Shown: positions 19,020 to 29,298, counted from the stretch's first letter. The stretch is 64,000 nt of DNA from Candidatus Binataceae bacterium (GCA_036495685.1 DASXMJ010000090.1:7908-71907), one strand, 5' to 3'. Made by a program: numbers and translations. Notes: a model not told the origin generated them from the sequence alone.

Positions 19020-19835
19020 ATGGCGGAGAAGATCGCGATCAACAGTGTGAATTTGAAATATGCCACCATCGCCGAAGCCCGCAAGATGTCGGGACTACGG
19101 CTCATCCTCGGCGCGATCGCGGTTCCCGGTCCGTGGCGCGAGGCGTGCAAGGGAATCTTTTACGTCAAGAAGGTCCCGTATGTTCCGGTGGCGGCGGTTG
19201 GCGATGATGGGACCGATCGCGAGTTGATTGATTGGACGGCGCAAAGCAGCGCACCGGTCGCAATCTGGAATGAAGAGCGGCCGCGTTCGACCTGGATTGA
19301 GCAGCTCTACCTTGCCGAACGGCTTGCGGCGAATCCTCCGCTGGTTCCCGCTTCGATCGAAGAACGCACGCTAATGTTCGGTTATGCAAACGAGCTGTGC
19401 GGTGAGAACGGCCTGGGATGGTCGAAGCGACTCACGATGATTAACTCAACCGTGACCAATCCCGCTACGCCCGATAACGTCAAAGGGTTCTGGCTCAAGT
19501 TTGGAACAAAATATGGTTACAGCGCAGCAGCGGCGCAAGCTGCGCCTCCACGGATGACCGAGATTTTGCGTCTGCTTGATGCGCGATTGTCCCAGCAGAA
19601 GGCGAAAGGCAGTCGCTTTCTGGTCAGCGATCGATTGTCAGCGCTGGATATCTACTGGGCCGCGTTTGCCGCCCTGCTGCGCCCGCTGGAGCCCGAGCTA
19701 TGCCCGATGGCGACCGGCTTTCGCGACTTCTATAGGGAAACTAACCCGGCAGTAACCGCGGCGCTTTCGCAAGGGTTGTTGGAGCATCGCGACTTCATTT
19801 ATCGCGAGTACCTGGAATTGCCGGTGGTGTTCTGA
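19020..19835 (+). CDS. Atypical GST-fold protein
   Basis: PGPWREACKGIFYVKKVPY, APVAIWNEE, LYLAER..LVP, LSALDIYWA; last gene of the operon. Confidence 0.55.
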   Translation: MAEKIAINSVNLKYATIAEARKMSGLRLILGAIAVPGPWREACKGIFYVKKVPYVPVAAVGDDGTDRELIDWTAQSSAPVAIWNEERPRSTWIEQLYLAERLAANPPLVPASIEERTLMFGYANELCGENGLGWSKRLTMINSTVTNPATPDNVKGFWLKFGTKYGYSAAAAQAAPPRMTEILRLLDARLSQQKAKGSRFLVSDRLSALDIYWAAFAALLRPLEPELCPMATGFRDFYRETNPAVTAALSQGLLEHRDFIYREYLELPVVF

Positions 19836-20021
19836 ATTTTGTAAAGCGCACGCGACGTCGCGCCAAATTTCGGGAATGGGTCTTCGTGCCGCTGACGCGC
19901 GTGCTTGCGGGTATGCAGGCGGCGGCTGGCGGGCCGGCGAGCCATCCGCGCCTCTGGGAGGCGACCTCGGGTGGCCGTTTACGCGGCCGGCCCTGCGCAA
20001 ATGCGTCGCGGGTCGCCGGGA

Positions 20022-20336
20022 CTACGGCGCCTGCGGCGATCGCTTGCTGGGATCGCTGTTAGCTTTGGTCGATTGTTTGCGTTTACGCGGTGCTGGCTTG
20101 GCGGCGGTCGGTGTACCGTCGAGCGCATCTTTAGCTTTCGCCACCATCGATCCGATCCGGCTTTTTCGTGAAGCGCGCGGTCTGGCGCCGTTGCCGTTCG
20201 AGGAATTCGCTTCGAGACTCAGCTCGCGCACCGCGGCCTGCCAGTGCTGCAACTCTCGCCCCTGCGGACGCCCCTCACGCTCCCAGATGTAATACGCGCG
20301 TTCGCGCACTGCTGCTTCGTTATCAATTCTCATCAT
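20022..20336 (-). CDS. DUF2934-domain protein with a basic C-terminal tail
   Basis: VRERAYYIWEREGRPQGRELQHWQAA; K/R/A/P-rich tail; GGAAGG RBS. Confidence 0.85.
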   Translation of the reverse strand: MMRIDNEAAVRERAYYIWEREGRPQGRELQHWQAAVRELSLEANSSNGNGARPRASRKSRIGSMVAKAKDALDGTPTAAKPAPRKRKQSTKANSDPSKRSPQAP

Positions 20337-20393
20337 CCTCAAACCTTCCCATCATCAAAAAAATAAGGCTGGGCACCCACTCTCCACGCCAAC

Positions 20394-20410
20394 AAGCATC
20401 CGACGTGCCA
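20394..20410 (-). promoter_or_regulatory. Sigma-54 (RpoN) -24/-12 promoter
   Basis: TGGCACGTCGGATGCTT, one mismatch from the copy at 13387-13403. Confidence 0.7.
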
Positions 20411-20582
20411 TCGATTTCCCGCCTCATTCTACAGGATAGCAGATGGCGATGCTCAATCCGATTTGTGAAAAGCGGATGAATCTAAACGCTGAGCCCCAGC
20501 GTCGTCAACAAGTCATCGCCCTTCGCTGTGCAGATGCTGCCGGAGCATTCAGCACGGCCCTTTTCGGTTGGGACAAGAGCGG

Positions 20583-21263
20583 CTATTTGGTCACGTCGAC
20601 CGGCGGGGTCGACTGACTTAACCTGGCGGTGACTTCCGCGTCGCTCATGTTGTAAAGCCGCTCCATCCCCTCCATCATCGGCTTGCCCGAATTCGGCGGC
20701 GGCTGCGCGACCTTGCCGCCCTCGCCTTGGAACGGCGGCGGATTCCGATAACGCCGCAGGTCGGACGGAGTGATTCCGGCAAGGCGCACCACCTCTGGAT
20801 CGAGCCACGCATCTGCGTTGATGGCTTTTCCCTCGGAGGTTGAGAACTCAAGCATGATCCCCTCGGGGGCGGCTAGATAGATCGATTTGCAGAAGCCGTG
20901 GTCTAGGGGACCCATCACCCAGTGCCCGTGCGAACGCACTCGATCACGCATCGTGAGGAGGTCCTCTTCGGTGTCGACGTTGAGCGCGACGTGCTGCATC
21001 ACACCGGCGGCGACCGGTCTTGCCGGAGAACCCGCGTGCGAGACACCGTTGATGCCCTGGATCTCCCCGATCTCCGGCGATTCCACGAATGCGATGGAAG
21101 AGCTGTCGTTCAACTTGAGGAAACCGTGAAAGGTGTTGTCGACGCCATGCATCCAGTACAGCGCGACCAGCTCCATCCCGACGACGTGGGTGAAAAATTC
21201 GATCTGGCCTTTGATGTCCTTGGTGCAGATCGCGAGGTGATGAACTCCGTTAGGAAGACCCAT
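20583..21263 (-). CDS. VOC/glyoxalase family protein
   Basis: GVHHLAI, MQHVAL, KSIY...PEGIMLEF; ORF-track start 21806 over-extended. Confidence 0.85.
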   Translation of the reverse strand: MGLPNGVHHLAICTKDIKGQIEFFTHVVGMELVALYWMHGVDNTFHGFLKLNDSSSIAFVESPEIGEIQGINGVSHAGSPARPVAAGVMQHVALNVDTEEDLLTMRDRVRSHGHWVMGPLDHGFCKSIYLAAPEGIMLEFSTSEGKAINADAWLDPEVVRLAGITPSDLRRYRNPPPFQGEGGKVAQPPPNSGKPMMEGMERLYNMSDAEVTARLSQSTPPVDVTK

Positions 21264-21530
21264 GAATGAAAACCTCCTTGACCAGCGCGGCGCTGCTTCC
21301 TCCTTACTCCTTCTGCGTCCTCGTGCAAGCGCCAACGAATGTCTGGTTGGTCGCTCGGCTGCGAGGGTTACTTGTGACCGTGTATCCGATTGATACGCTG
21401 TAAAACCTCTCAATGAAGTTCTCGACGGGCTGGAGGTCGGTTGGTTAGGAGAGGACCGCCGCTGTTTTACAATCTCGCAGCTTTCTTCTACAGACGAGTT
21501 CGACAGAAGGTTTAAGCGCGGAGGTAAGCT

Positions 21531-22088
21531 ATGAGTCTGGTTCCATACCCTGACATCGGAAAGCTGCCCGAAGAGGTGCACAACGCGCTCGCTCAGGCGC
21601 CGGTGCAATTGAACATTTTCAAGATGATGGCCAACGCGGAGACCTGTTTCGTTCCGTTCTCGCGGCTGGGCGCGGCAATTTTGGGGCGGCAGAAGCTGGA
21701 CTCGAAGTTGCGCGAACTGGCGATCCTGCTGGCAGTTAAGATGGAGGGCGGCGAGTACGAATGGGTGCAGCACGTGCCAATCGCGATTTCGGTTGGGGCG
21801 ACGCAAGAGCAGGTGGATGCGATTGCGGATCGCAAGTTATTGGGGTCGTGTTTCAGCAATCTGGAACGGACCGTGCTTCAGTTAACCGAGCAGGTGGTGG
21901 AAAAGGTCAGGGCTGATGAGCCGGTGGTTAGGGAGGCACTGGGGTTTTTGTCGCCGCGCGAAATTGTCGAACTGATCATGACCATCGGCTTCTACATGAC
22001 GGCGGCGCGAATAACCGAAACGACGCGCACTGACCTTGATCCGCCCGCCGGCACAAAGGTGCTTGATCAGATTCGGCGCGCTCGATAG
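21531..22088 (+). CDS. Carboxymuconolactone decarboxylase (AhpD/CMD) family protein
   Basis: LRELAIL, YEWVQHVPIA, EIVELIMTIGFY. Confidence 0.88.
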   Translation: MSLVPYPDIGKLPEEVHNALAQAPVQLNIFKMMANAETCFVPFSRLGAAILGRQKLDSKLRELAILLAVKMEGGEYEWVQHVPIAISVGATQEQVDAIADRKLLGSCFSNLERTVLQLTEQVVEKVRADEPVVREALGFLSPREIVELIMTIGFYMTAARITETTRTDLDPPAGTKVLDQIRRAR

Positions 22089-22288
22089 TCGCATCGAGCG
22101 ATTGATGTGGCGGACTTGAATAAATCTGCAGTGAGCTGAGTGCGAACGGACCGCGCCCTAGGCGCGGACCCGGTCCGGAGAGGGGGCGGCGGTGCGACTC
22201 GTATCTGCGTGATCTGATATGGTTTTCGAAGTCGTTCGCCGGTGGCGTCCTGCGCGATGGCCGCCGCGTCCGGGAGATTTTTACCTTA

Positions 22289-23809
22289 GTGGCATTGGAT
22301 GACGCTAATTCTGCCCCTGTCGCAATGCGCGACGTTTTTGGACCCGCAAGTCCGAAAGAGCCGGTCCCGGACACGTTTCAGTTTCTGGCGCCGCTTATCG
22401 TCGGCTGCGCGCTCTTCATGGAGATGCTCGACTCGACGGTTATCTCCACCGCCTTGCCCGCGATCGCGCATTCCATGCATGAAGATCCGATCCGGCTGAA
22501 CCTCGCGATCACGTCGTACTTGCTGAGCCTGGCGGTATTCATTCCGATCAGCGGCTGGATGGCGGACCGCTACGGTTCGCGCACAGTGTTCCGCACCGCG
22601 ATAGTGCTTTTCACCTTCGGCTCGATCCTCTGCGGCGTCTCGCAATCGCTCTCACAGCTGGTCGCCGCGCGCATTGTGCAAGGCTTCGGCGGGGCAATGA
22701 TGGTGCCGGTCGGACGTCTGATCGTGCTCAAGACGATTCCCAAGTCCGAACTGGTGGCGGCAATGTCGTATTTGACGGTGCCCGCGGTGCTCGGCCCGGT
22801 GGTGGGGCCACCCGTGGGTGGGTTTATCGTCACCTACTACTCTTGGCGCTGGATTTTTTTCATCAACGTCCCCATCAGCTTCGTGGGAATCACGCTGGTC
22901 ACGATGTTCATCGAGAATATCCACGAGGAGGATGTCCCGCCGCTGGACCTGAGCGGCTTTATCCTCACCGGCCTGGGGCTTGCGGGACTGGTTTTCGGCT
23001 TCGAGATGCTGGGCCGCGGAGTGCTCCCGGTGGGCCTGGTGATGTGTTTGCTCGCCGGAGGTGGACTGTGCTCGGGAGCGTATGTGCTGCACGCGCGGCG
23101 TACACGCTTTCCGATCATCGATCTCGCGTTGCTCAAGATTCCGACTTTCAGCTCGGCGACAGTTGGCGGCGGGCTGTTCCGGATGGGAATTGGCGCGCTG
23201 CCGTTCCTGATGCCGATGTTGCTGCAGCTCGTGTTTGGCCTTACTCCGTTCGCATCGGGGATGATCACGTTCACCGGGGCGGCGGGTGCCTTGTTCATGA
23301 AGCCGACTGCACCGCCTATTATTCGGCGGTTTGGGTTTCGCAACGTGTTGGTCGGCAACGGATTGGTAAGCTCCTGTATAATGATGAGCTACGCGCTGTT
23401 CCGTCCTTCAACGCCGCATTCGCTGATTATCGCTACACTGTTGGTAGGTGGATTTTTTCGCTCCCTTCAGTTCACCGCGCTCGGCACGCTCGCTTACGCG
23501 GACGTCCCGCCGATACTGATGAGCAACGCAAGCAGCGCGTCGAGCATGGCGCAACAATTGTTCCTCAGCCTCGGCGTCGCGACCGCGGCCCTGCTGCTTC
23601 ACGTAAGCCTGCACGGGCGCAGCGTCGCAACGCTGTCGTGGCAGGACTTCACGCTGCCGTTTGTGATCACCGGGATCCTCGCGATCGGATCTTCACTCAT
23701 TTATCTGTGGCTCGATCCAAACGCCGGCGCGGAAGTGAGTGGGCGCCGCGGCTCGGTCGCGATTTCCAGAACTGTGCGAACGGCGCGGGACGTTGAAGTC
23801 GCCGATTGA
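22289..23809 (+). CDS. DHA2-family MFS efflux transporter
   Basis: MEMLDSTVISTALP, GWMADRYG, PVVGPPVGG, WRWIFFINVP. Confidence 0.92.
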   Translation: MALDDANSAPVAMRDVFGPASPKEPVPDTFQFLAPLIVGCALFMEMLDSTVISTALPAIAHSMHEDPIRLNLAITSYLLSLAVFIPISGWMADRYGSRTVFRTAIVLFTFGSILCGVSQSLSQLVAARIVQGFGGAMMVPVGRLIVLKTIPKSELVAAMSYLTVPAVLGPVVGPPVGGFIVTYYSWRWIFFINVPISFVGITLVTMFIENIHEEDVPPLDLSGFILTGLGLAGLVFGFEMLGRGVLPVGLVMCLLAGGGLCSGAYVLHARRTRFPIIDLALLKIPTFSSATVGGGLFRMGIGALPFLMPMLLQLVFGLTPFASGMITFTGAAGALFMKPTAPPIIRRFGFRNVLVGNGLVSSCIMMSYALFRPSTPHSLIIATLLVGGFFRSLQFTALGTLAYADVPPILMSNASSASSMAQQLFLSLGVATAALLLHVSLHGRSVATLSWQDFTLPFVITGILAIGSSLIYLWLDPNAGAEVSGRRGSVAISRTVRTARDVEVAD

Positions 23810-23920
23810 AGGAGGGTGAAGCGCCCGGCTCTACGGGTCTTTTCATCCTGCGGCTGGCACGCTAAGTACCGCACACGGTGACGATTTGTCGCGCCGCTAG
23901 GGCCGCGATAGAGGTGAATC

Positions 23921-25072
23921 ATGGGACCATTAACCGGATATCGAGTAATCGAATTTGCGGGTATCGGGCCGGGACCGATGTGCGCGATGCTGCTCTCGGA
24001 TATGGGCGCCGACGTCCTGCGTATCGACCGGACGTCTGCGGCGGGGCTCGGAATTTCGATGCGGACGAAGTTCGACCTCCTCAACCGCGGTCGGCGTTCG
24101 GTTGCGTTTGATCTCAAAAAGCCCGAGGCGATTGACGCGGTTAAGCGCCTGGTCGAAAAAGCCGACGCATTGATCGAGGGATTTCGGCCCGGCGTCATGG
24201 AGCGGCTGGGACTGAGTCCCGACCAATGCCTGGCGCGAAATCCGCGGCTGGTGTTCGGACGAATGACGGGCTGGGGCCAGGAAGGGCCGCTGGCCGAAGC
24301 GGCGGGCCACGATATCAACTACATCGCGCTCACCGGAGCGCTGCACTCGATCGGGCGTACCGGTGATCGGCCATTGCCGCCGCTCAACCTGGTCGGTGAC
24401 TTCGGAGGCGGCGCTCTCTACCTAGCGCTCGGCGTAGTCGCCGGACTACTGGAAGCGCAGAAGTCGGGCAAAGGACAGGTGGTGGATGCGGCCATGGTCG
24501 ATGGCGCATCCTCGCTCATGACGGCGATCTACGGGATCAAGGCGGCGGGAATGTGGACCAACAATCGCGGCGAGAATCTGCTCGACACGGGGGCGCATTT
24601 CTACGAAGTCTACGAGACGAGTGACGGAAAGTTTGTATCGATCGGATCGATCGAAGGCAAGTTCTATGAAGAGCTGCTCGACCTTTCCGGGCTCAAGGGC
24701 CAGGAACTGCCCAATCAGATGGATCGCACCGCGTGGCCGGCGCTGAAGAATCAGCTGACGAAAATCTTCAAAAGCAAAACGCGCGACGAGTGGTGCAAGA
24801 TTATGGAAGGCAGCGACGTGTGCTTCGCGCCCGTGCTGAGCATGGAAGAAGCGCCCAAGCATGCCCATAACCGGCAGCGCGGTACTTTCGTCGAAGTGGA
24901 AGGGGTGGTCCAGCCGGGTCCTGCCCCGCGCTTCAGCAGGACGCCGGGGGAAATTCAGCGGCCACCCGCAAGTCCCGGCGAGCATACCGAAGAAGCGCTG
25001 CGTGATTGGGGCTTCAGCAGCGTGGAGCTGGAAAGGCTTCGCGCGCAGGGCGCGATCGTGCAAAGCAAGTAG
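23921..25072 (+). CDS. Alpha-methylacyl-CoA racemase (family III CoA-transferase fold)
   Basis: [39 protein letters not shown]. Confidence 0.85.
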   Translation: MGPLTGYRVIEFAGIGPGPMCAMLLSDMGADVLRIDRTSAAGLGISMRTKFDLLNRGRRSVAFDLKKPEAIDAVKRLVEKADALIEGFRPGVMERLGLSPDQCLARNPRLVFGRMTGWGQEGPLAEAAGHDINYIALTGALHSIGRTGDRPLPPLNLVGDFGGGALYLALGVVAGLLEAQKSGKGQVVDAAMVDGASSLMTAIYGIKAAGMWTNNRGENLLDTGAHFYEVYETSDGKFVSIGSIEGKFYEELLDLSGLKGQELPNQMDRTAWPALKNQLTKIFKSKTRDEWCKIMEGSDVCFAPVLSMEEAPKHAHNRQRGTFVEVEGVVQPGPAPRFSRTPGEIQRPPASPGEHTEEALRDWGFSSVELERLRAQGAIVQSK

Positions 25073-25126
25073 CGGCGGCCGCTGCGGCCTGGGAAGGCGC
25101 CCGGGCTGAACCCGGTGGACGGCTGG

Positions 25127-25275
25127 TTCTCGCCCCGAACGAAAGTGTCGGGTGGGTGCGGCGCGCGTCTTGGACCTACCGCCGCAACGACGCACCTCGC
25201 AGCCGAGGCGCTGTCCAGTCGGCCGCGCGTCGTCGGCGCGGTGAGGAGAGCGACACTTTCCGGGCCGCAAGATTA
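25127..25275. other. Rod-like inverted-repeat intergenic element (candidate structured RNA)
   Basis: GAAAGTGTCG (25141-25150) / CGACACTTTC (25251-25260) perfect pair enclosing nested CGCGCG, TGGAC/GTCCA pairs and a CCTCG-CAGC-CGAGG hairpin. Confidence 0.35.
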
Positions 25276-25429
25276 GGTAGCGGTGTGCTCTCCGGAGCGC
25301 GGAGAATTTCCGCAGCCACATCGGCGGAGTTGCCCGGGTAGCCGCCAGTATCGAAAAGCAACTTTGGTTCTCGTCAAGCGCAGCGCGCTCGACTAGAGTC
25401 ACGGGCGGCAAATGCACACGGAGGTCGGT

Positions 25430-26026
25430 ATGCGACTTAAGGCCTGGCGGAGATCCCTTGCGCTGGCTTTTCTTGGTCTGGTTGCCGCGGCGGCGGCCGC
25501 GCGCGCCGAGACCTGGAATATCGATCCGGCCCACACGACGGTCGAATTCTCGGTGCGGCACATGATGATCTCCAACGTAAAAGGTCAGTTCGAAAAAGTG
25601 TCCGGTACGATCGCCGCCAGCGGCAATGACCCCGGCTCGGTGCAGATCAATGCTGTGATCGACGCGACTTCGATCAATACGCGGGTCGAAAAGCGCGACG
25701 CCCACCTGAAAAGTGCGGCTTTCCTGGAGGTGGACAAGTATCCCACCATCACTTTCAAATCGACTAAGGTCGAGCCCGACGGACCCAACAAATGGAAGGT
25801 CACCGGCGACCTGACGCTGCATGGCGTGACCAAACCGGTCGTACTCGAGGTCGAAACCGCCACACCGATCAAGGACCCCACTGGCAATACTCGCGCCGGG
25901 GCATCGGCAACCACCCAGATCGATCGCAAGGATTTCGGCATAGTCTGGAATAAGCCACTGGAGACGGGAGGCGTGTTGGTCGGTGACGAGGTGTCGATCG
26001 CGATCGAGGTCGAGACGGTCCAGTAG
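25430..26026 (+). CDS. YceI family periplasmic lipid/polyisoprenoid-binding protein
   Basis: Signal peptide; WNIDPAHTTVEFSVRHMMIS, RDAHLKS, GDLTLHGVTKPV, IDRKDFG. Confidence 0.92.
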   Translation: MRLKAWRRSLALAFLGLVAAAAAARAETWNIDPAHTTVEFSVRHMMISNVKGQFEKVSGTIAASGNDPGSVQINAVIDATSINTRVEKRDAHLKSAAFLEVDKYPTITFKSTKVEPDGPNKWKVTGDLTLHGVTKPVVLEVETATPIKDPTGNTRAGASATTQIDRKDFGIVWNKPLETGGVLVGDEVSIAIEVETVQ

Positions 26027-26045
26027 TAGCGGAGAAGTAAATCCA

Positions 26046-27035
26046 ATGGAGTTTGGACTGCAACTAACCAACCTGGAACCGGCGCGCCTGCGCTCCATCG
26101 CGCAAACGGCCGAGGGGCTCGGTTACGGCCTGATCGTCTTCCCCGATCACATCGTGATCGAGGGTCCCGAGCGGCACTACGACCCGCATGCGCTGGCGTA
26201 CGATGCGATGATCGTGGCGGCGACCGTGGCCGAGGCCACCAGCAAGGTCAAGATCGGCCACCTGGTGCTGTGCAATCTGTTTCGCCATCCCGCCATCACC
26301 GCGCAGAGTCTGGTAGCGCTCGACCACATCAGCAACGGCCGATTGCTCGCGGGTCTAGGTACCGGATGGACGGAGACCGAATTTCAGATGACGGGAATCC
26401 CGTTTCCGCCGATCGGGGAGCGGTTGAGGATGCTGGACGAGTCGCTGGAATGCATTCTGTCGTTGTGGGGGAATGAGCGGACCACCTTCAGCGGTGAGTT
26501 TTACCAGCTCCGCGATGCGATTCTGTGGCCCAAACCCATCCAGAAACCGCATCCACCGATTATCATCGGGGGCGGCGGCAATGGCCTGTTGCGCATCGCG
26601 GCCAAGTACGCGGACAACGTCAACCTTATCCCGGACGCAGGGAAGCAGGGAAAAATCTCGCTCGACAACGTCAAGAAGATGACCGACGAGTCCTTTCGCA
26701 AGAAGATCGATTTCGTGCGCGAGGAAGCAAAACGCCACGGGCGCGATCTCGCGGCGATCAAATTCAGCAACTTTATCTTCAACTACATGATAACCGATTC
26801 GAAGGAAGCGACGCGCCAGACGGCCGAAATGATGGCGGCCGGTTTTGGGATGCCCAGCGGCGAAGCGATGCTGCAATCACCGATGTCGCTAATTGGTACC
26901 CCCGACGAGTGTATCGCGGAGTTAAAGCGCCGTGCCAAAAGTTGGGGCGTGTCTCAATTCATATTCGCGACGGCGATGGGGATCGACGAAGCGCAGACCC
27001 GCACGCTTTACGAGCAAGTTCTTTCGCACGTGTGA
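26046..27035 (+). CDS. LLM-class flavin/F420-dependent oxidoreductase
   Basis: FPDH, FRHPA..A...LDHISNGRL..GLGTGW, PKPIQKPHPPIIIGG. Confidence 0.9.
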   Translation: MEFGLQLTNLEPARLRSIAQTAEGLGYGLIVFPDHIVIEGPERHYDPHALAYDAMIVAATVAEATSKVKIGHLVLCNLFRHPAITAQSLVALDHISNGRLLAGLGTGWTETEFQMTGIPFPPIGERLRMLDESLECILSLWGNERTTFSGEFYQLRDAILWPKPIQKPHPPIIIGGGGNGLLRIAAKYADNVNLIPDAGKQGKISLDNVKKMTDESFRKKIDFVREEAKRHGRDLAAIKFSNFIFNYMITDSKEATRQTAEMMAAGFGMPSGEAMLQSPMSLIGTPDECIAELKRRAKSWGVSQFIFATAMGIDEAQTRTLYEQVLSHV

Positions 27036-27058
27036 CAAATCGACCAGGGGAAAAACTA

Positions 27059-27526
27059 ATGGAAACCATACGCTTTGATGATGTGGAAAAGCTGCGGTCG
27101 AAGATTAGCCAGGAGTATGGCAGCTGGTGCAAACCGATCGAGGTAAGCCAGCAGAAGATTAACCAGTTCGCCGACGTTACCGGCGATCATCAGTGGATTC
27201 ATATCGATATCGAGCGCTGCAAGAAGGAGAGTCCGTTCGGGGGTCCGGTGGCACACGGATTTCTGACGCTGAGCCTGCTCCCTGCGTTCGAATACTCGAA
27301 TGATTGGCAGGTGGTCGGGTTCCGCAACGTCGTGAACTACGGCGCCAACAAGCTGCGCTTCATCTCGCCGGTTCCCGCGGGAGCGCAGGTGCATGCGCAT
27401 TCGCGTCTGGTCGCGGTGGAGGCACGTCCACAGGCTACCCAGGTAACCCAGGAGACGGCGGTACACGTGGTTGGCAATGATAGGCCCGCGCTGATTTACG
27501 AAGGGATCTTTCTGTACGTGAAGTAG
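27059..27526 (+). CDS. MaoC-family dehydratase
   Basis: FADVTGDHQWIH, PFGGPVAHGFLTLSL, NYGANKLRF. Confidence 0.92.
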   Translation: METIRFDDVEKLRSKISQEYGSWCKPIEVSQQKINQFADVTGDHQWIHIDIERCKKESPFGGPVAHGFLTLSLLPAFEYSNDWQVVGFRNVVNYGANKLRFISPVPAGAQVHAHSRLVAVEARPQATQVTQETAVHVVGNDRPALIYEGIFLYVK

Positions 27527-27656
27527 CACAACTTCGAAGAGCAGAGACGAAGGGGGCAGACCCGCCGCGACTGCGGCGCCGTTTAAGAAACAGCCGATCT
27601 TCCCGAAACACGGAGCCTTTGGACATCGTGGGAGCCCAGGCTCTAGGATGTGATGC

Positions 27657-28889
27657 ATGGAAAAGCCACGGATGCTTGAGGGTTATCGGGTTCTTGATTT
27701 CACCCACTTTGTGGCGGGGCCGACCTGCACCCGAATTCTTGGCGAGATGGGCGCCGATGTGATCAAAGTCGAGCGCTCGCCCGAAGGCGACCGTGTGCGG
27801 GCGCTGGGAATCGTGCGGGATGGAATCAGCACCTACTATGTCCAGCACAACCATTCCAAGCGCAGCCTCGCGATCGATTTGCGCCAGCCAAGGGGACGCG
27901 ATCTGCTGCTCTCGATGATCCCGAAAATTGATGTGGTGGTGGAAAATTTCGCACCGGGCGTGATTGCGAAAATGGGCTTCGGCTACGAAGCTCTCAGCAA
28001 GATCAACCCGCGTATCGTCATGTGTTCGGTCTCGGTCGCGGGCCAGACCGGACCACTCAGCTATAAACCCGGGTACGACTATCTGGGTGCGTCATACGCC
28101 GGAGTAATCGATCAGCTGGGCGAACCGGATCGCACGCCGATCACCCCGCCCCTGGCGATTGGCGACATCTCGACCGGGGTGGCAGCCGCGATGGCGGTGG
28201 GATTCGCGCTACTCGATCGCGAGCGCACGGGCGAAGGCCAGTATCTGGATGCGTCGCTGCTGGATACCTACTTCCACATGCACGAATTGTCGGTGCCGGT
28301 AGTGTCACTGCGCCCCGGTCGCTGGTCTCCGAAGCGCAATGGAGCACTCCATCCGACCGGCGCGCCGACCGGGGTCTATCGGAGCAAGGAAGGCTACGTC
28401 TTCCTGGTGGTCCAGCAACACGAGATTGCCCGGCTGTGGCGCGCGATGAAGCGTCCCGACCTCGCCGAAGATTCGCGCTTCAAAACCAATCGCGATCGAG
28501 TGAAGAACCAAGAAGCGCTACGCGAGATTATCGAGCGGTGGCTGCAGTCCCTTCCGGATCGGGATTCTGCTCTGCGCGAGTTGGATGCGCAGCGCGTACC
28601 GTGCGCCCCGGTGCTCAAGCTCGAGGAATCGATGGCGCAACCGCATCTGCGCGAGCGGAAGACTGTTCGCCGGATCAAGCACGACGCACTTGGAGAATTC
28701 GACCTACCCGGAATGCCGGTGAAATTCTCGCGATGGCCGGATCGCACCGATCTGAAAGCGTCGCGGGTGGGTGCGGACAACACGGCGATTCTGTCCGAAG
28801 TGCTGGGAATGACGGCCGCGGAAATTGAGGAACTCTATCGCGAGCAGGTGTTGCTGGCCGCGCCGGTTTCGCCGGCGGCCGCCTCGTAA
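27657..28889 (+). CDS. CaiB/BaiF family CoA-transferase
   Basis: VAGP.CTRILGEMGADVIKVE, DVVVENF, GDISTG, GEGQYLDASL. Confidence 0.92.
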   Translation: MEKPRMLEGYRVLDFTHFVAGPTCTRILGEMGADVIKVERSPEGDRVRALGIVRDGISTYYVQHNHSKRSLAIDLRQPRGRDLLLSMIPKIDVVVENFAPGVIAKMGFGYEALSKINPRIVMCSVSVAGQTGPLSYKPGYDYLGASYAGVIDQLGEPDRTPITPPLAIGDISTGVAAAMAVGFALLDRERTGEGQYLDASLLDTYFHMHELSVPVVSLRPGRWSPKRNGALHPTGAPTGVYRSKEGYVFLVVQQHEIARLWRAMKRPDLAEDSRFKTNRDRVKNQEALREIIERWLQSLPDRDSALRELDAQRVPCAPVLKLEESMAQPHLRERKTVRRIKHDALGEFDLPGMPVKFSRWPDRTDLKASRVGADNTAILSEVLGMTAAEIEELYREQVLLAAPVSPAAAS

Positions 28890-28929
28890 AACACCGGCGG
28901 TCTAGCGACTGGCCAGGAGGTAACTCCCA

Positions 28930-29298
28930 ATGGTCACCGCGCGCATGCTGAATCACATCAACCTGAACGTCAGCGACATCCAGCGCTCGGCACGCTTTTA
29001 CCAGGAAGCGCTGGGACTGGAGATTGGATTCTGGGAAGGCAAGACCATGGTTTTCCTCCATTCACCCGGCGCACAGGATACCATCACCCTCTGCCAGGCA
29101 GGTGCGGGCGAACCGATCGGCGGCAGCGGAGTGTCGCATTTCGGATTTTCAATTGGGGCCGGGAATCTGGATGAAGCCGTGGACCAGTTCCGACGAGCTG
29201 GTGGCCAGCTGCTGAGCCGAGGCAAGCATGGCGGCCGATTTCCATACGCATATTTTTCCGACCCGGACGGCTACGTCATCGAATTGGGGAACGGATGA
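28930..29298 (+). CDS. VOC/glyoxalase family protein
   Basis: LNHINLNVSD, SHFGF, YFSDPDGYVIEL. Confidence 0.9.
   Translation: MVTARMLNHINLNVSDIQRSARFYQEALGLEIGFWEGKTMVFLHSPGAQDTITLCQAGAGEPIGGSGVSHFGFSIGAGNLDEAVDQFRRAGGQLLSRGKHGGRFPYAYFSDPDGYVIELGNG

Noticed and set aside
20583-21806. N-terminally extended VOC ORF (likewise extended 26525-27526, 25983-27035, 44580-45284, 40676-41572)
   Set aside because: Extensions overlap other genes or are low-complexity; internal ATGs match family starts
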